From assembly GCA_013239625.1 (NCBI GenBank), contig MU053629.1, positions 158,676 to 222,675 on the forward strand: a stretch of DNA of 64,000 nt. Reading direction: 5' to 3'. The translations under genes and the position numbers were made by a program. The notes under the pieces are model-generated. The model saw only the letters and a program-made list of their open reading frames with translations, was not told the origin of the DNA and did no database searches. Below, one piece after another: positions 26,111 to 38,790 of the stretch; the first letter of the stretch is position 1; every line of letters begins with the position of its first letter. Source of the stretch: Lama guanicoe. Taxonomy: Eukaryota.

Positions 26111-27534
26111 AAAAATGAAAAAAATAAATTTGAGACTCCCTTTAGCAGATTTAGCAGATTCTTATCCAAATGCTATTAAAATATGGATATATATTAAATG
26201 TAGAAATACCATGGCATTTCATTCATCAAAGTTTTTTTAATATTTACAATTTTACTATCACTTATTTATAATTTTTTAGAACAATGATAAGAAACTTAGT
26301 GTTGCAATTACCTTTTTAAGGTTACCTGGGTTTTTTCCATCTTACTGTAATAATGACCTTCAGTGTCTACTCCTGAATGATAACTCTTTTTCCAGTTTAT
26401 CCCTTATTCTCCATCACCTAATGGAGTACATGGTCCCCAAAGTCTTTCTAACGTACTAGAGATGGAATTAAAAAAATAAAAAACACTCAACTCATGGCAG
26501 GATTTCGAAATAGGAAGTTTTCCATAAAACTCTGCCCCTCCTCAGTCCATCTCATAACAAAAGCAATAACTGACTTACATTTGTAAATAAATTCCAGCTT
26601 ATTAGCGGAACTATGCCATGCTTCCTCATTTTCTCCACTCTGTCAGTATGTAGTTTATCTTGGCGTGTGATCCCTACTTCAATTAAGGTGACCTCCAGCT
26701 TTCTCTTATCACAGATAAATGGCTCTGGTCTGCCATTACGTCTCCTGACACTGGTTCCGCCTTCAGCGTCTTCCATACGTGCTCATTTACTCTCCTTTGT
26801 ATCTTGTATATTGAGTGCTATCTTATCTGCTTCCTTCTCTTAAAGTCCGAGTCATTTATTATGCACAGGTGCAACCACCTGACCGATTCGTTATGTCTTT
26901 TAGTGAAAGCGCTCCTTACCATTTAAACGTTGCAATAAATTTTATCATTACTACATTTATTTTACTTCTCTGTTATACTTGTGGCATTATATTGCTTTTA
27001 AAAAAAAGTTATAGGTGTGGGTAGATCTTATTATCTGTGAATTTTATTGCAGGATATATTTTATTTGCTATAAAATAAAAAAAAAAAGGCCAGGTGAAGA
27101 ATTTACTTTGGCTGGGGTATCTGGGGTCCGTGTCCTACTTACAACCAGGCAAGACTTTTATTCGGCCCACAGTCACTGGACGGGGATGAAGCATGGGGCA
27201 GTGGAGGTGGTAGGTCGGTGCTTCCTTCCTTCCTTCCTCATTGTTAGCCAGGTCCAGCTGGCCCTGTGTTCTGGGCAGTGATGCAAATCCCCTGCACAGA
27301 GTCAGACCTGCTGAGCCGTTGTGATGCTGCTTTAGGAAACGTCACCTGAGACCCAGGGCCTGCATTCTCCATCGCACCTGCCTCTCAGTTTCTCAGACAC
27401 TTCATTGTGTACCCACTCACTCGGCCGCAGTTCGTTATTTACCTTCAGGTAAACGTGTAGCAAGGTGTTCCAGCCGAACCGAACTGGGATTCAGAGAGTG
27501 GCTCTGGACCACTGCCCCACCCACCCCACTGAAT

Positions 27535-27880
27535 CAGTCAGGGTCCAACCAGGAAAACAGAAACGACCCTGAGTACTTGAAACCTTGGGACTTTAAGGCA
27601 AGGAACAAATTACCCAGGCATTGGGAAATCAAGGTGCCAGTAATCAGGCAACTTGGAGATCAGCAATGGCAGGCAACCACTATGACCTCTAGACCACTGA
27701 CAAGCAGGAGAAACTGAAGCGATGTTGGGCCTGTCCAACAGGAGCTGGAGCCACAGAGGAAACACAGCTGTTACTGGAGATGCCCCCTTAGTTCGAGGTA
27801 GGCAGAGAAATATTCCAGCTTCTCCCTTCTACCCTCCAATCATCTTCCACCAGTACCTCCCATTGGCAGCAGCCCCCTGA
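27535..27880. mobile_element. Old ERVL/MaLR-type LTR remnant
   Basis: tcagtcagggtccaaccaggaaaacagaaac...cctcccattggc resembles ERVL-class LTR ends. Confidence 0.4.
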
Positions 27881-29774
27881 TGTGGGGGCGTGAGAAACAC
27901 AACCCTGCAGGGGTGGTACCCTTCCTGGCCCCCTTACTCTGCTCCCTCTGGCCCTGCTCTTCAGTGACACAGAGCTAAGAAGAGGAAGAGAACAGGGACG
28001 TGTTCTAAGAGCAAGCAAGCCCAGGGTAGGCAAACCCACTCTTGTACCTGTTTGCATGTGTTGATAAGCTTTGGAGGAAGGTGTTCTGGAAGGAGGAGGA
28101 GCCAGAGATGGCAGTTTATCAGCTCTCTAATTTAAGGAATGTCTGAGCCAGGGCTGGAGGGTACTGCTAGGATTTTCCGTAACTTAGTACTACTTTCTCA
28201 GTAAATAGAGCTGTGACTTGGCCCTGGGTGATTACATGTGACAGAAATTCCTCCAAGCCTGCAATATAGACGATACTTGGGTTTCAGACTTGATGCAGAA
28301 TGCCCTCTATTTTTATCTTCCTTAGATCATTCGAGTCACTTTCTAGGAAGTGCGGGCAGCTGTACATCCATCCTTTTGCCTCTATCTTTCCAGCATTCTC
28401 CCAACAGATACAGATCTTTGTGGGTGCAGGGCAAATTCCCAGACAACTGAGTCCAAAGGGTTCAAATCTCTTCCAAGTCCAAATTAACAGACTTTAAGAG
28501 CACTTTATTATTTTTTCACTAAAATACTGTGCATAAGGAAAAGAAGGTGGGTCCTAAAGTGAGATATTTGTAATTAGGATAATATTGGATGGTGAACACA
28601 CCAATGAAGAGCTTTAAACCTTGGACTCCTCAGTGCTAAAATAGGGATATTAAAGCTTCCCTGGGAAGTAAGCTATATGAGACACCTTCCACACTGTCAG
28701 GAATATAGCAGGAACCCTACAAAGAGTCTGGTCATTTGGGATGACCAAAATGAGCTGTGACAGTATTTAAATTTCACTGAAAGATTTGTGGTGATAGATG
28801 AAAATAAATATTTGGTAAAACCATCTTAAAATTAGGAGAGTCCTCAAACCCAGTGGCTTTCTATTTTTTTCCTTATAATGACCCACAATAAGTAATACAT
28901 TTATATCATAATACATCTCACGCAAGACACTAAAGCAAATGTTACATGGAACACCCCTACTCTTATCACATGTGAAGGATGCTAATGTTTTCTATTCTAG
29001 GCCATTCCATTCCATTTACTAAAAAAAAAACCCAAAAAACAAAAAACCCAAAAACCAAAATTCTGGTCATGACTCAATATGCTTCACATGAATGGAAAAC
29101 TCTAACTCATTAGATTCCTTTTTAAAATGTGTTTAAAAGGAAGTCTGCCTAAGCCATTGACGTCAGAGGAAGTCAGGCAGCCATGGACAACTCAAATGGA
29201 AGTTATTGCTCTCCAGGAGCTTAACATGAACATAAACCCCAACCTTAGCTATACTAATTGGGTTTTACCACGAGAATACGAGTTCTGAACCATGCTTTAC
29301 AACTGCATGTCATATACCATTTGGGCAACCTCGGAGGAGTCCCATTGACACGGACTTGTCTCTAGCTGAGTCATTAAAAATGACATATGTCTCAACATCC
29401 CTATGTGCATCCACCAGGAGAGTGTTAATGATTTTTTCTATTTTAAGCAGTGAAGGATGTGCCTTCGCATTCAAGGTGATTTCTGAGCCCTCTAATTGCC
29501 GATAGGTTTGGGGCGATAAGTACGCACTTAGTGAAGTCACATTATAAAATGAGTTGCTCAAATATTTAATCAGCTGTGCGTAAAGCTCAGCCACATGGTT
29601 CCTTCTGTATAGCATTCTATCCACCATGGTGAAGGGTTGCTATGGGTTACAGCTCCCCTGTGAAGTATGAAAAAGCTGGATTTGGGAGGTGGGTTCCAGA
29701 ACTGGCTTCCACCTAATTGAGGGAAGATTTGCACATAAAACTCTTGGGCCAAGAGTTCAAAAGTCATGGATTTT

Positions 29775-30205
29775 CTTGCAGCAACATGGAAGGACTTCTA
29801 TAGAGATCATTATACTAAGTGAAGGAAGTCAGACAGAGCAAGACGAACACCATATGATATCACTTATACGTGGAATCTTAAAGTATGACACAAGTGATCT
29901 TATTTACAAAACAGAAACAGACTCACAGACATAGAAAACAAAACTTATGGTTACTTAAGGGGAAAGTGGGGGAGGGATAAATTAGGAGTTTGGGATTTGC
30001 AGATAGTGACTCATATATAAAATATATATATACCACAAGGTCCTATTGTATAGCACAGGGAATTATATTCAATATCTTGTAATAACCTATAATGGAAAAA
30101 AAGTTGAAAAAGAATATACATGTATATGTACAACTGAGTCACTATGCTGTACACCAGAAACTAACACAACATTGTCAATCAACTATTCTTCAATTAAAGA
30201 AAAAA
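29775..30205 (+). mobile_element. L1 3' UTR fragment
   Basis: ttgcagcaacatgg...acaaaacagaaacagactcacagacatagaaaac...tatagcacagggaa...cttcaattaaagaaaaa; related to the 24-25 kb L1. Confidence 0.88.
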
Positions 30206-31599
30206 TTCCTATCCTTAATAATTTCCTAGGAAATCATCATTTTTTTTCCTCAGCTTCATTCATTCAGAGGGAGAACATACATTTTGCACCAAGAATGTGC
30301 AGAGAGCTTTCATAAAGGTTAAAAGATTTTGTCTAAGGATATCTAGTGAGCTAGTGAGAGAACTGAGATTCCAAGAACTGAGATTCCTAAGTCTGTCTTA
30401 TTCATTTTGAGTGACCCTTATGTGCCGGGCATGGTTGGGGAGAAGGCATTACAGCAAGCTTTTGAAGGAGCCTGAAGTCTAGCGGGGAAGGCAGAGCCAT
30501 AAACACACCAGCACAGACTAAGGGCTATATCATGACTGGAATGTGCAAAGGATCATGGGAGCTCAAAAGACAGAATGACTAATTCTGTCATGAGTTTTCA
30601 TCTGTTTCTGTAGATGGGGATTCCTGGTGTCATGGGAGGTTTGAGTAGGAAGGTTAATAAAAATTACAAGCCAGACTCCCATTGAATATGGACTTTATTT
30701 TTTAGTACAATGAAATCCTAGTATTTCCAAACTTTGACTCATAAAAACTCAAACATTCTATGCATTAAATGTGACTTGAAATAAATGGGTCATTTGGTTA
30801 ATGTTTACAAACCTTTTTGGCTACAGAGAGATTGGCTTTTCTTGCCCTTGGCTGGGCCCATTATTTACTCTTAAAGGTCAAGAAGCTGAATGTCTTCCCC
30901 TTTCTAAGAGAATCAAATTTAGTTTTTATTCATCCTCCTTGGTTCCCTTTTCTGTGTCTTCTTTCCTTTGGAGGTGAACTTAACATCTGTCAGTCAAACA
31001 ACGGGACATGAATTCCCTTTTCCCCAATACTACAAAGGAGCAAAGAAGGCTTAATGTAGCCCAGTTTTCTCCCTTTCTCCAAACTAGCTTACACAGACCT
31101 GCAATCCCCTGGACACTTTTAATCCTTTATCAGACCTCACACCTTCTTAGGAGGGAGCAAACATCTCTTTCCCAAAAATTTCACAAAGAACCTAATTGAA
31201 TATCATGAATTCTGACTGAGTCTCACGCCCATCCCAGAGCCAAAGGTGGTGGCCAGGAGGAATGCAATGTATTGCAGGTCTTGGGTACGAGACAGGTGCT
31301 CCTACCTTGAATTTTGGAGGCAGATTCCATTCCACTACACAGATTAATAAAGGGGGAGGAGAGGAAAGACCAAAAATACTGTCACTAGAAATAGGATGAA
31401 GAAATGTTCGGCTACCCCAAAATAATCACCATGACTATAGAAGACTGTACCCAGGAATTGCAGAAATCCTGGGGAAGACATTTCAATTGTTCAAACTCTG
31501 GAATAGGAATTTGAGCCCAAGTCTTATATAGATCTTAAGAGGCAGGGAGGCATCATCTGACATGTAGTTTGCATTGGGGAAAGACAAAAGAGAGAGATC

Positions 31600-32088
31600 T
31601 ACCATGAAGCTAATGTAGCCTTTCTAAGCTTTGCATATTTGACAGCAAGCCTAAAAGCGTTCCATGACATTACCAAAGATGAGTTGCGATGCTGAAACAA
31701 ACTTTTCTAAGCCATCAATAATAAAACATTTTAATCATCCATACTAAAGGAAAGACTACGTTTGTATCCTCTCTATTAAAATATGATACGATTAAATCAT
31801 TGTACTATAAAGAGGTGATCAAATATTATGCAGCTTAAAACATAGGGGAAGTACTTCAGAGGTATGTCAGATATTAATTAATAAAAAAATTGTGCTGTTT
31901 ACCTGGATTTGATGATGTTTGTGGTATTTGCCAGCTCTTTCTAACTTGTAATTTGTTATGACTTCTTTTCTCATGCTAATTAAATATTCATGTTGGTACT
32001 TATGTACTTGTAATTTTTGTTCATTTTCTTAAAGAGAGCATGGAAATTGTATAAGCTACAGACCTCACAGAACTTAACATGTATCCCT
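31600..32088 (+). mobile_element. hAT-Tip100 (Zaphod-like) transposon 3' remnant
   Basis: gaaacaaacttttctaagccatcaataataaaac...aggaaagact resembles decayed hAT dimerisation-domain coding sequence. Confidence 0.55.
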
Positions 32089-33329
32089 GGATTCTCCCTT
32101 TTGGCAGGGGCCAGAGGGTGGCCCACAGCTTCAAGTTCATGTCCAGTAGTCCCAACAATATTTGGCTGTACATCCTCTCACCACAAACCCAAGAAGAAAA
32201 TGTCCTTCTCAGCTTAAGTTCCAAGTTTACTCTTCTTGGACAAACTTAATTGCCTTCCCCTTGAACCAACCATCCTACGGGGAAGGGATGTATTGACTGG
32301 TTTAAACCAATCACAGCTCATAACTGGGTTGAGGGGTGGGGGTCAGTCCCATCCAAACCACACACATAGGAAGAGAGACAGAGGGACTGGTTTCAAAGGA
32401 AACGTGGTTTGCTGGTGCCCGGGAGGGGAATGTATGCTGGGCGGAAAGCAGTAGGTATCACAGATCTGCGACTTGCCTCGGGTGTGAAATTTAAGAAGGC
32501 ACCCAAAACTCAACAACAAGTCAAATGATATTTTAACGCATTATTTTTAAAAATTGAACTGGCAAATTACAGCTTGCAGGCTGACCACCTGTCTCTATAA
32601 GTAAGCTTTTATTACAGTGGCTGGGCTACCTCCTTTGGGAGACAGGCTTTGCCTCACTGCTGCCTACAGAATTGTTGACGTTTTAGAAGGAACTGTCTGG
32701 GCCCTGAGGCCTCTTGGAACCCAGGAATTGTGAGATGTTCTTATCCTATGACTCCGTTCTAAATTGGCCTCCTGATTCAGAGAGAGAGAGGTGTGGGAAA
32801 GCAAAGGGTGCCCCATTTCCCTAACAATTAAGATCATCTCCCATATTAATAGAACAAGCCATTCACTACCCAATGAGTTTGAACAAATCAGAATGGTGGG
32901 AAGCCTTGGACTCAAGCTAAGCCTCTGCACAATACTTGTAGCCCCACGCTGAGGCGGCAGGCTCAGCCAGCTTGCTGGTGATGCCACGTGAGATGTGCCG
33001 GAGACGGAGGAAGAGGCAGATCCCACGCAGTTTGCTGCCAGCCCTGGGCAGGCTTGTTATTCTCCGTGGACGCCTTGGGGCTCCAGTTACTGAGCCAGGT
33101 TTTATCTTCTGTGACAGCTCATCAAAAATCAGCCTAGCCTCACGCTGTCAGAAGCTCATGCCTAGAAATAGCCCAGGTATTGGTGAAAGGGAGAAAGACG
33201 TCTTTCCTTTAGGTAACATGTGTGATCAGAAAGCCAGTATTTCATTAATGGGACCACAGGTACGCAGTAGAAGTGACCAGTAACTCATAAGTAATCCAAA
33301 CATGTCCTTTTAAATAACAATCTCTAAGC

Positions 33330-33366
33330 GCCCTGCTACCTCAGTCGGTAGAGCATGAGACTCTTA
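33330..33366 (+). pseudogene. Tailless 5'-half tRNA-Lys(CTT) retropseudogene
   Basis: gccctgctacctcagtcggtagagcatgagactctta matches the first 37 nt of tRNA-Lys-CTT (recalled sequence) with 2 mismatches. Flanked by TSD a(a/g)ataacaatctcta at 33312-33326 and 33366-33380. Confidence 0.88.
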
Positions 33367-34049
33367 GATAACAATCTCTATTTACTGCTAAGAAACACAT
33401 TCCTGGAAATGTCGATAAGAGCTGTTTGTCAGCTCTGTGACCCTGATGAGTCAGCTGGACACTTAACCATTGGGTGCTCAGTCTCTCCAGGTGTGAGGTG
33501 AGGGGCAGGATTTGAGCAATCATCTCTGAGGTCCTTACCAGCTCTGGCATGCTACAGTCCTTCCAGGTGGGGGTCATTTTCCTCCCCTCCCTTCCCAAGC
33601 GGAGGTAGGCCGTCCCAAGACAGCTGTGGCACCCAGAGGATCAGGGTAGGAAACACAATCAAGGCATAAAACCCGTCTATACTGGTAAGTGGGATTGACG
33701 CGCAAAATAATTTTTTCCAAAAAATAATCTGTCACCTAGTATTAGAACTTATTTTTAAATAATGTCAGGAATATATTACATTTCCCAATAAGTTTTTTTC
33801 CTACACATCTGTGATAGTTTGGGTCCCCTGAGAAGCAGATGTCAAGAGGGGCTTAGACAGACAAGAGATTCATTGAGGGAAACTCCAGCGAGAGGAAAGG
33901 AGTCGCAGGAGTCAGAGGAGGTGGAGGGAGCCTTCAGCCCACAGAGCAGGACTGCCCCCTGTGAAAGGAGAGGGGGGACATGGGAAGGCTGGGGAGGAAG
34001 AGTCTCAGACGGCAGCACAGTTCTAAGAATGTTCCAGATAGACTGAAAT

Positions 34050-34407
34050 TAATTCACAAGGCTGCCTTAACAGGGCACCGTGGACGGGTGGCTAAACCGA
34101 CAGAAATTTTCCCACAGTTCCGGAGGCTGGAAGTCTGAGTTCAAGGTGTTGGCAGGACCGGTGTTATCCGAGGCCTTTCTCCTTGGCTTGTCCATGGCTG
34201 TCTTCTCCTGTGTCTGCACCTCATCTCCCCTCTCTAGAGCTCTGTGTCCTCATCTCTTCTTCTGACAAGAGGGCCCACCCCAAGGACCTCATTTTAACTC
34301 AACTCCCTCTTCAAGGGCCCTATCTCTGAATACAGTCACATTCCGAGCCCCTGGGGGCTGGGATTTAGACGTATGAATTTGGGGGAAGGCAATTTAGTCC
34401 GTAACAG
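34050..34407 (-). mobile_element. MLT1-like LTR nested in an older ERVL-type LTR (copy 1; duplicated at about 39196-39553)
   Basis: gctgccttaaca...cacagttccggaggctggaagtctgagttcaaggtgttggcagg...cgtaaca. Confidence 0.7.
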
Positions 34408-37149
34408 GCAGGTAGGGTGTCCTCAAGCCAAAGCTGCCCATCAGAGGAGCTGTGTCTCACATCAGTGGGCCACCATGAGTATCCCCACCATGTTCTGCCA
34501 CTACAGGAGCGTGGCCCTGTGCAAGCACAGTGGTGGAGTCAAAGAACGGCCACAGCTGGGGCCTTCAGTTAATTCTCCTCCTGCCAGCAGGAGCTCTGTG
34601 GGGCATTTCCTTGGTCACTGCAACATTCGCACTTCATTGACTAACGTACTCAAGAAAAATTAATTGACCACTTATTAGGTACTAGGTGAGTGAGTCTCGA
34701 CCCTGGTTATTTGACAACAAAATTAACAGTGGAGATTTTGTTTTCTAGTGCACTTTTCTGGGCCCCATCTCGGCAGGGGGTAACTGTGCCTGAGAACTCG
34801 TGTGCCAGGTGTTGGGGGGGGTAGGACGCTGAATGGGACAGCCTCTGCCCACCAGGAGCGTCCGGCCAGGAGATGGAAGCAACGTCTTCAGAAGCCTCAT
34901 GCACAGAATAACAGCCTCATTATGGGGCCCTGGTTAAATCAGTAACTAGAACCAGCTGGAGGCAAAAAAAGGCTTGTGACTGTTATCAATCAGTAACAAA
35001 TAAAGAGTCCCAGGGGGATAGGTTCTGAGACTCACACTCATCTTGCTTTCTCCCTCAGTCCTTCCTTGCCAGGAGCTTAATCTATACATCTTCAAGCTGA
35101 AACCGGGAGAAGCGACTCAGCTCAGCCTCTGAGCTTGGCGCAGCCTTGAATGCAGTGTGGCACACCAGAGTTGTGCTAAATAAAACACAGGCACAGCCCT
35201 GACTTTAACACAAGACCAGTGAGGCGTGGCAACTTTCCAGGTCAGTACACATCTATGAGGTATTAAACACATGCACAGAGGAGCTGTTCCCACAAGACGC
35301 TTTCCAAGGCCATAGAAAGTGTTCACCTGGAAATATAAATTCATGTGTTCATACCTCCTATGGTTAAAATTAGGATAAATCTATTTGAATATTATTCTGT
35401 CTTTTATTACTATTTAATGACACTTTAATTTTTTAATGAAATTGACTCAAGAGCTTGCAGATCCCCCGAAGCATCTCTGCAGGACCCCCGATCCCTGCCC
35501 GAGCTGAGCCTAATATGGCTGGAGGTACAAGGCCCAGGGAAGCGTGGTGTCTTGCCCGGGCTTGCACAGCCCACTAGTGGCCCAACCACAATGACAGCCT
35601 TCAGCTTCAGCCTCCTCGGTCAGTGCTCTTGAATTCTGGGAAGCTCCCCGTGCCCCACAGTGAGGGCAGCGGCAGACATCAGCATGTAGCCAAGTGGGAA
35701 GTCCTTTCCCACATGGGAGACAAAAGTCCCAAAATGACCGGTGGCCTTTATGACTCAGCCTATGTTGTGGAGCATGGGAAAAAGAAGGGTTTGTTTGATT
35801 TGGTTCAGTTTTTGAGAAAGAGAAAAGCCAAGCTACATCACACCAAAGTCTGCAGGTGCTGGATCTGCACTGGGGCAGTCCTTCGGTAAACGTGGGGAAG
35901 GGACAGCGGCCGCTAGGGACTGGGGCAGAAGGTGGTGGGTTGGGGGCCGGGTGTGAGTCTGGATCAACAGAAGGGCATGCCCAGGAGGCCCGCAGCAGCA
36001 GTCTCTCCATCTGCCAGATAGTTGCAACAGCTATTCTAAGCACTGGCCCGAGGCCAGCTTTGATTGATTTTGGCAATAAAATTACATGTTCCAAAGCTCA
36101 TCTGTTTTGGACCATAAATGACACAGAGAGCTATTACAGAATGTCAGATCTGTCCCACTGTTTGGGACAGTGTCCTCTCTATTAATACCTGTTTGGCCTC
36201 AATAATGATTCATGTAAGGCAGCAGAATAATTGAGTCACTGTCAGAATCATTTTTACTCACACCTCTCTCATCGTTATTGTACGTTCTCTTCTAGAGCCA
36301 AGCATTATTCATAGGTCCCTTTGACCGTGTTAACATTAAAGTCACCGACGGGCTCTTTTTTCACTCTGCTGAGCTGAGATGGTAAACATGAGAATAAAAC
36401 ATAATGGTTTCCTACGGTGGTTAGGAAGCCCTGCCGTTAGAGGCTAACCCCCCATTTTCTAATCATGGAACAAAGGAACAGTGATCAAACTTGGAATCAA
36501 CAAATAAATTCCACCTCCATCCACACCTCAACTATTTCAGATGCCTCTCTGGTGCTGCCTCAGTGAAGCCAATTTCCCCTTCGGACCCACAAGCATCTTC
36601 TCGCTGCCCCAAACCAGGAGGCAACTGTGCACCTTCCTCTTTGCTCAGACTCCCCCTCCTTCAGGCCAGTGCTGTCAGTCCATCCCTGTGTCGCATATGG
36701 GTCTTGGCCAGGGAACAAAGAACAGAAACCCTCTCCAACTAGCTCAACCGAAAACAGGGACTGTGTTGGAAGGAACTGAGGTGATCTCTCAGGAAGCTGA
36801 GCTCATGGGGAGACAGGACATACCTGAGGGAGCAAGGGTTCCTTCTCTTCAACAATTTAAGGAGACACTGGTAGGAGGGTCACTGAGCTTGTGTTGGAAG
36901 CTTAGAGGAAGACGTGTGACGCAGGGGTTGCCGTGTCTAACAACTGACCTGCCGGTGGTCAAGAAGTCTGCCCTCCCGCCCTCGCTCCGCTGCCTTCCTC
37001 CGCGTGGCTGGTGCTGGCTCAGCCCGTTTGCAGTGTGGGAGAGGACCCCTGTCTACAGAACCTGGCGCTGGGGCCCCTTAGAGGCCTTCCAGCACCCGCC
37101 TTCTCAGTCCTTGAAATCACCCTGCCACATCCTCTGTCGGGGGTTCTTT

Positions 37150-38790
37150 GGCCTTGTTTATCTGATAGCTCCAGTGACAGGGAACTTAACTACCTCTTTC
37201 CTTTTTCAGACAGCTCTCACCATCGTCCCCACTCATCTCTCGTCCTGATCTTCTTACTCAGATTTATGAAAATGACTCTTCATTTTCCCATAGATCTTCT
37301 CTTTGAGAAGCTAAGCATTTCCGGGACCCTCAATAATCCCTCAAAGGGCATTCTCAGCGCCCCAGGACATCCCAGTGTCTGTTCCGGGATATCTTCCGGT
37401 GTATTGAAGTCCCTTCTAACTTGCAGCACCCAAAATTGAACCCTGTGCTCTGGATGTCGTCTGCTCTGCAAATGAAGGATGGATTATTTTTCATCCATAC
37501 TCGTATTATTTTCCAATGTCATTATTTTCTGGTTATACTTTAAATTCAGTTTTCTGGTAGCCAGAATGTACCGTTGCCTCCCACAGAGCCACTTATCAAT
37601 CAATGTGAGACTTTACATTTATTTATATCCATGACACTCCACCTTGTTGAAATTAGGCTGCTGTTCCACCTTGCTGAAATGGTTGGGTCCTAATTTTACC
37701 GTCAAACTCACTGTCATTCATCTTTATATAGACCTCAAATTTGACAAGACATACACTATACATCTGAGTCACTGATATGAACATTGAACACGACTGTTCC
37801 AGATCAAAGCTCTTCCAGAATGTATTTAGAAACCTTCCAGTCTGTCACCCATTCTTCAATCAATAATGCTCTTTCAAACAGTCACAGATTAATCTCTCTC
37901 ATAATTCAATCAGCATTTTTTCATCTTGTCCATTGAATGCCTCTTACAATCCAGACACACCATACCTGCTGCACATCCCCAGTCTGACTGGCCAACAGTC
38001 CTACTGAAAGCAGGAGATAAAGATCACTGGGCATGATTCACAGTGAGCTGCTATTACTTACTGGACTAAGAATTCACAAAATATTCATTTAATAATTACT
38101 TAGAGAGTGTCTTGACACCATCTTCTTCCTTTTTTGATAATCAGGGCAGTGTTTTCTTATCTTCAACCTTCTAATATTTCCCTATTTTCCACCATGCCTC
38201 AGAGATGACTGACAAGCATTCTAGTCCATTTACCTTCAATTTGCCTGAACCAGGCTATGAACTTATTCAAAACAGGTAGGTGCTTTTCCCCCCATTCCTT
38301 CCCCTATCTTGTGCTTCCATTTCCTGGTCCCCGTGTTTTCCATTGTGCAGATCATTAACCTTGACAGAATGGCAACGTTAAAAACACTTGTATTTTCTCT
38401 TTGTCACCTGTAAACATTACAGCATCTCCCCCAGCAAGAGACTCATGCCTTTTTTAGTTCTTCCTGCTCTGAACTAAAGAAAAAGTCATTATCCTGGTTC
38501 TTCAAGCCTAAGTTAATCCTGTGCTTCAGTCATCCTGCCCCTGTCTTAACAAATTTATTCACGCATTCACCCAGTGGACAAACTTTTACTAGGAAATCTG
38601 CATCTTGTCTCCAAGTAAGATAAAGTAATTACACAGTAATTACATCTTCGTGATGCTTTCTCCTTTGGCCAGATTTTGGTATTTGCATTATTTGCTTCTA
38701 CACATCTTCTCAGCAATCAGAGAATCATATGTCACTTCTTTGGATGTAATTAGGGGGAAAAAAGGTTGCTGGAGGAAAAAAGAATGATAG
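37150..38790 (-). mobile_element. Ancient CR1/L3 fragment (copy 1; duplicated at about 42298-43938)
   Basis: ctccagtgacagggaacttaactacctc and caaatttgacaag...gtcactgatatgaacattgaaca resemble antisense CR1/L3 RT-region text. Confidence 0.55.

Noticed and set aside
35510..36094. 194-aa minus-strand ORF (223 aa in copy 2)
   Set aside because: No homology recognised, and the 2-bp indel between copies changes its C-terminus, so no sign of coding constraint.
36541..37248. 235-aa ORF and its duplicate at 41689-42396
   Set aside because: No recognisable domain; runs into repeat-derived sequence; recurrence is explained by the duplication.
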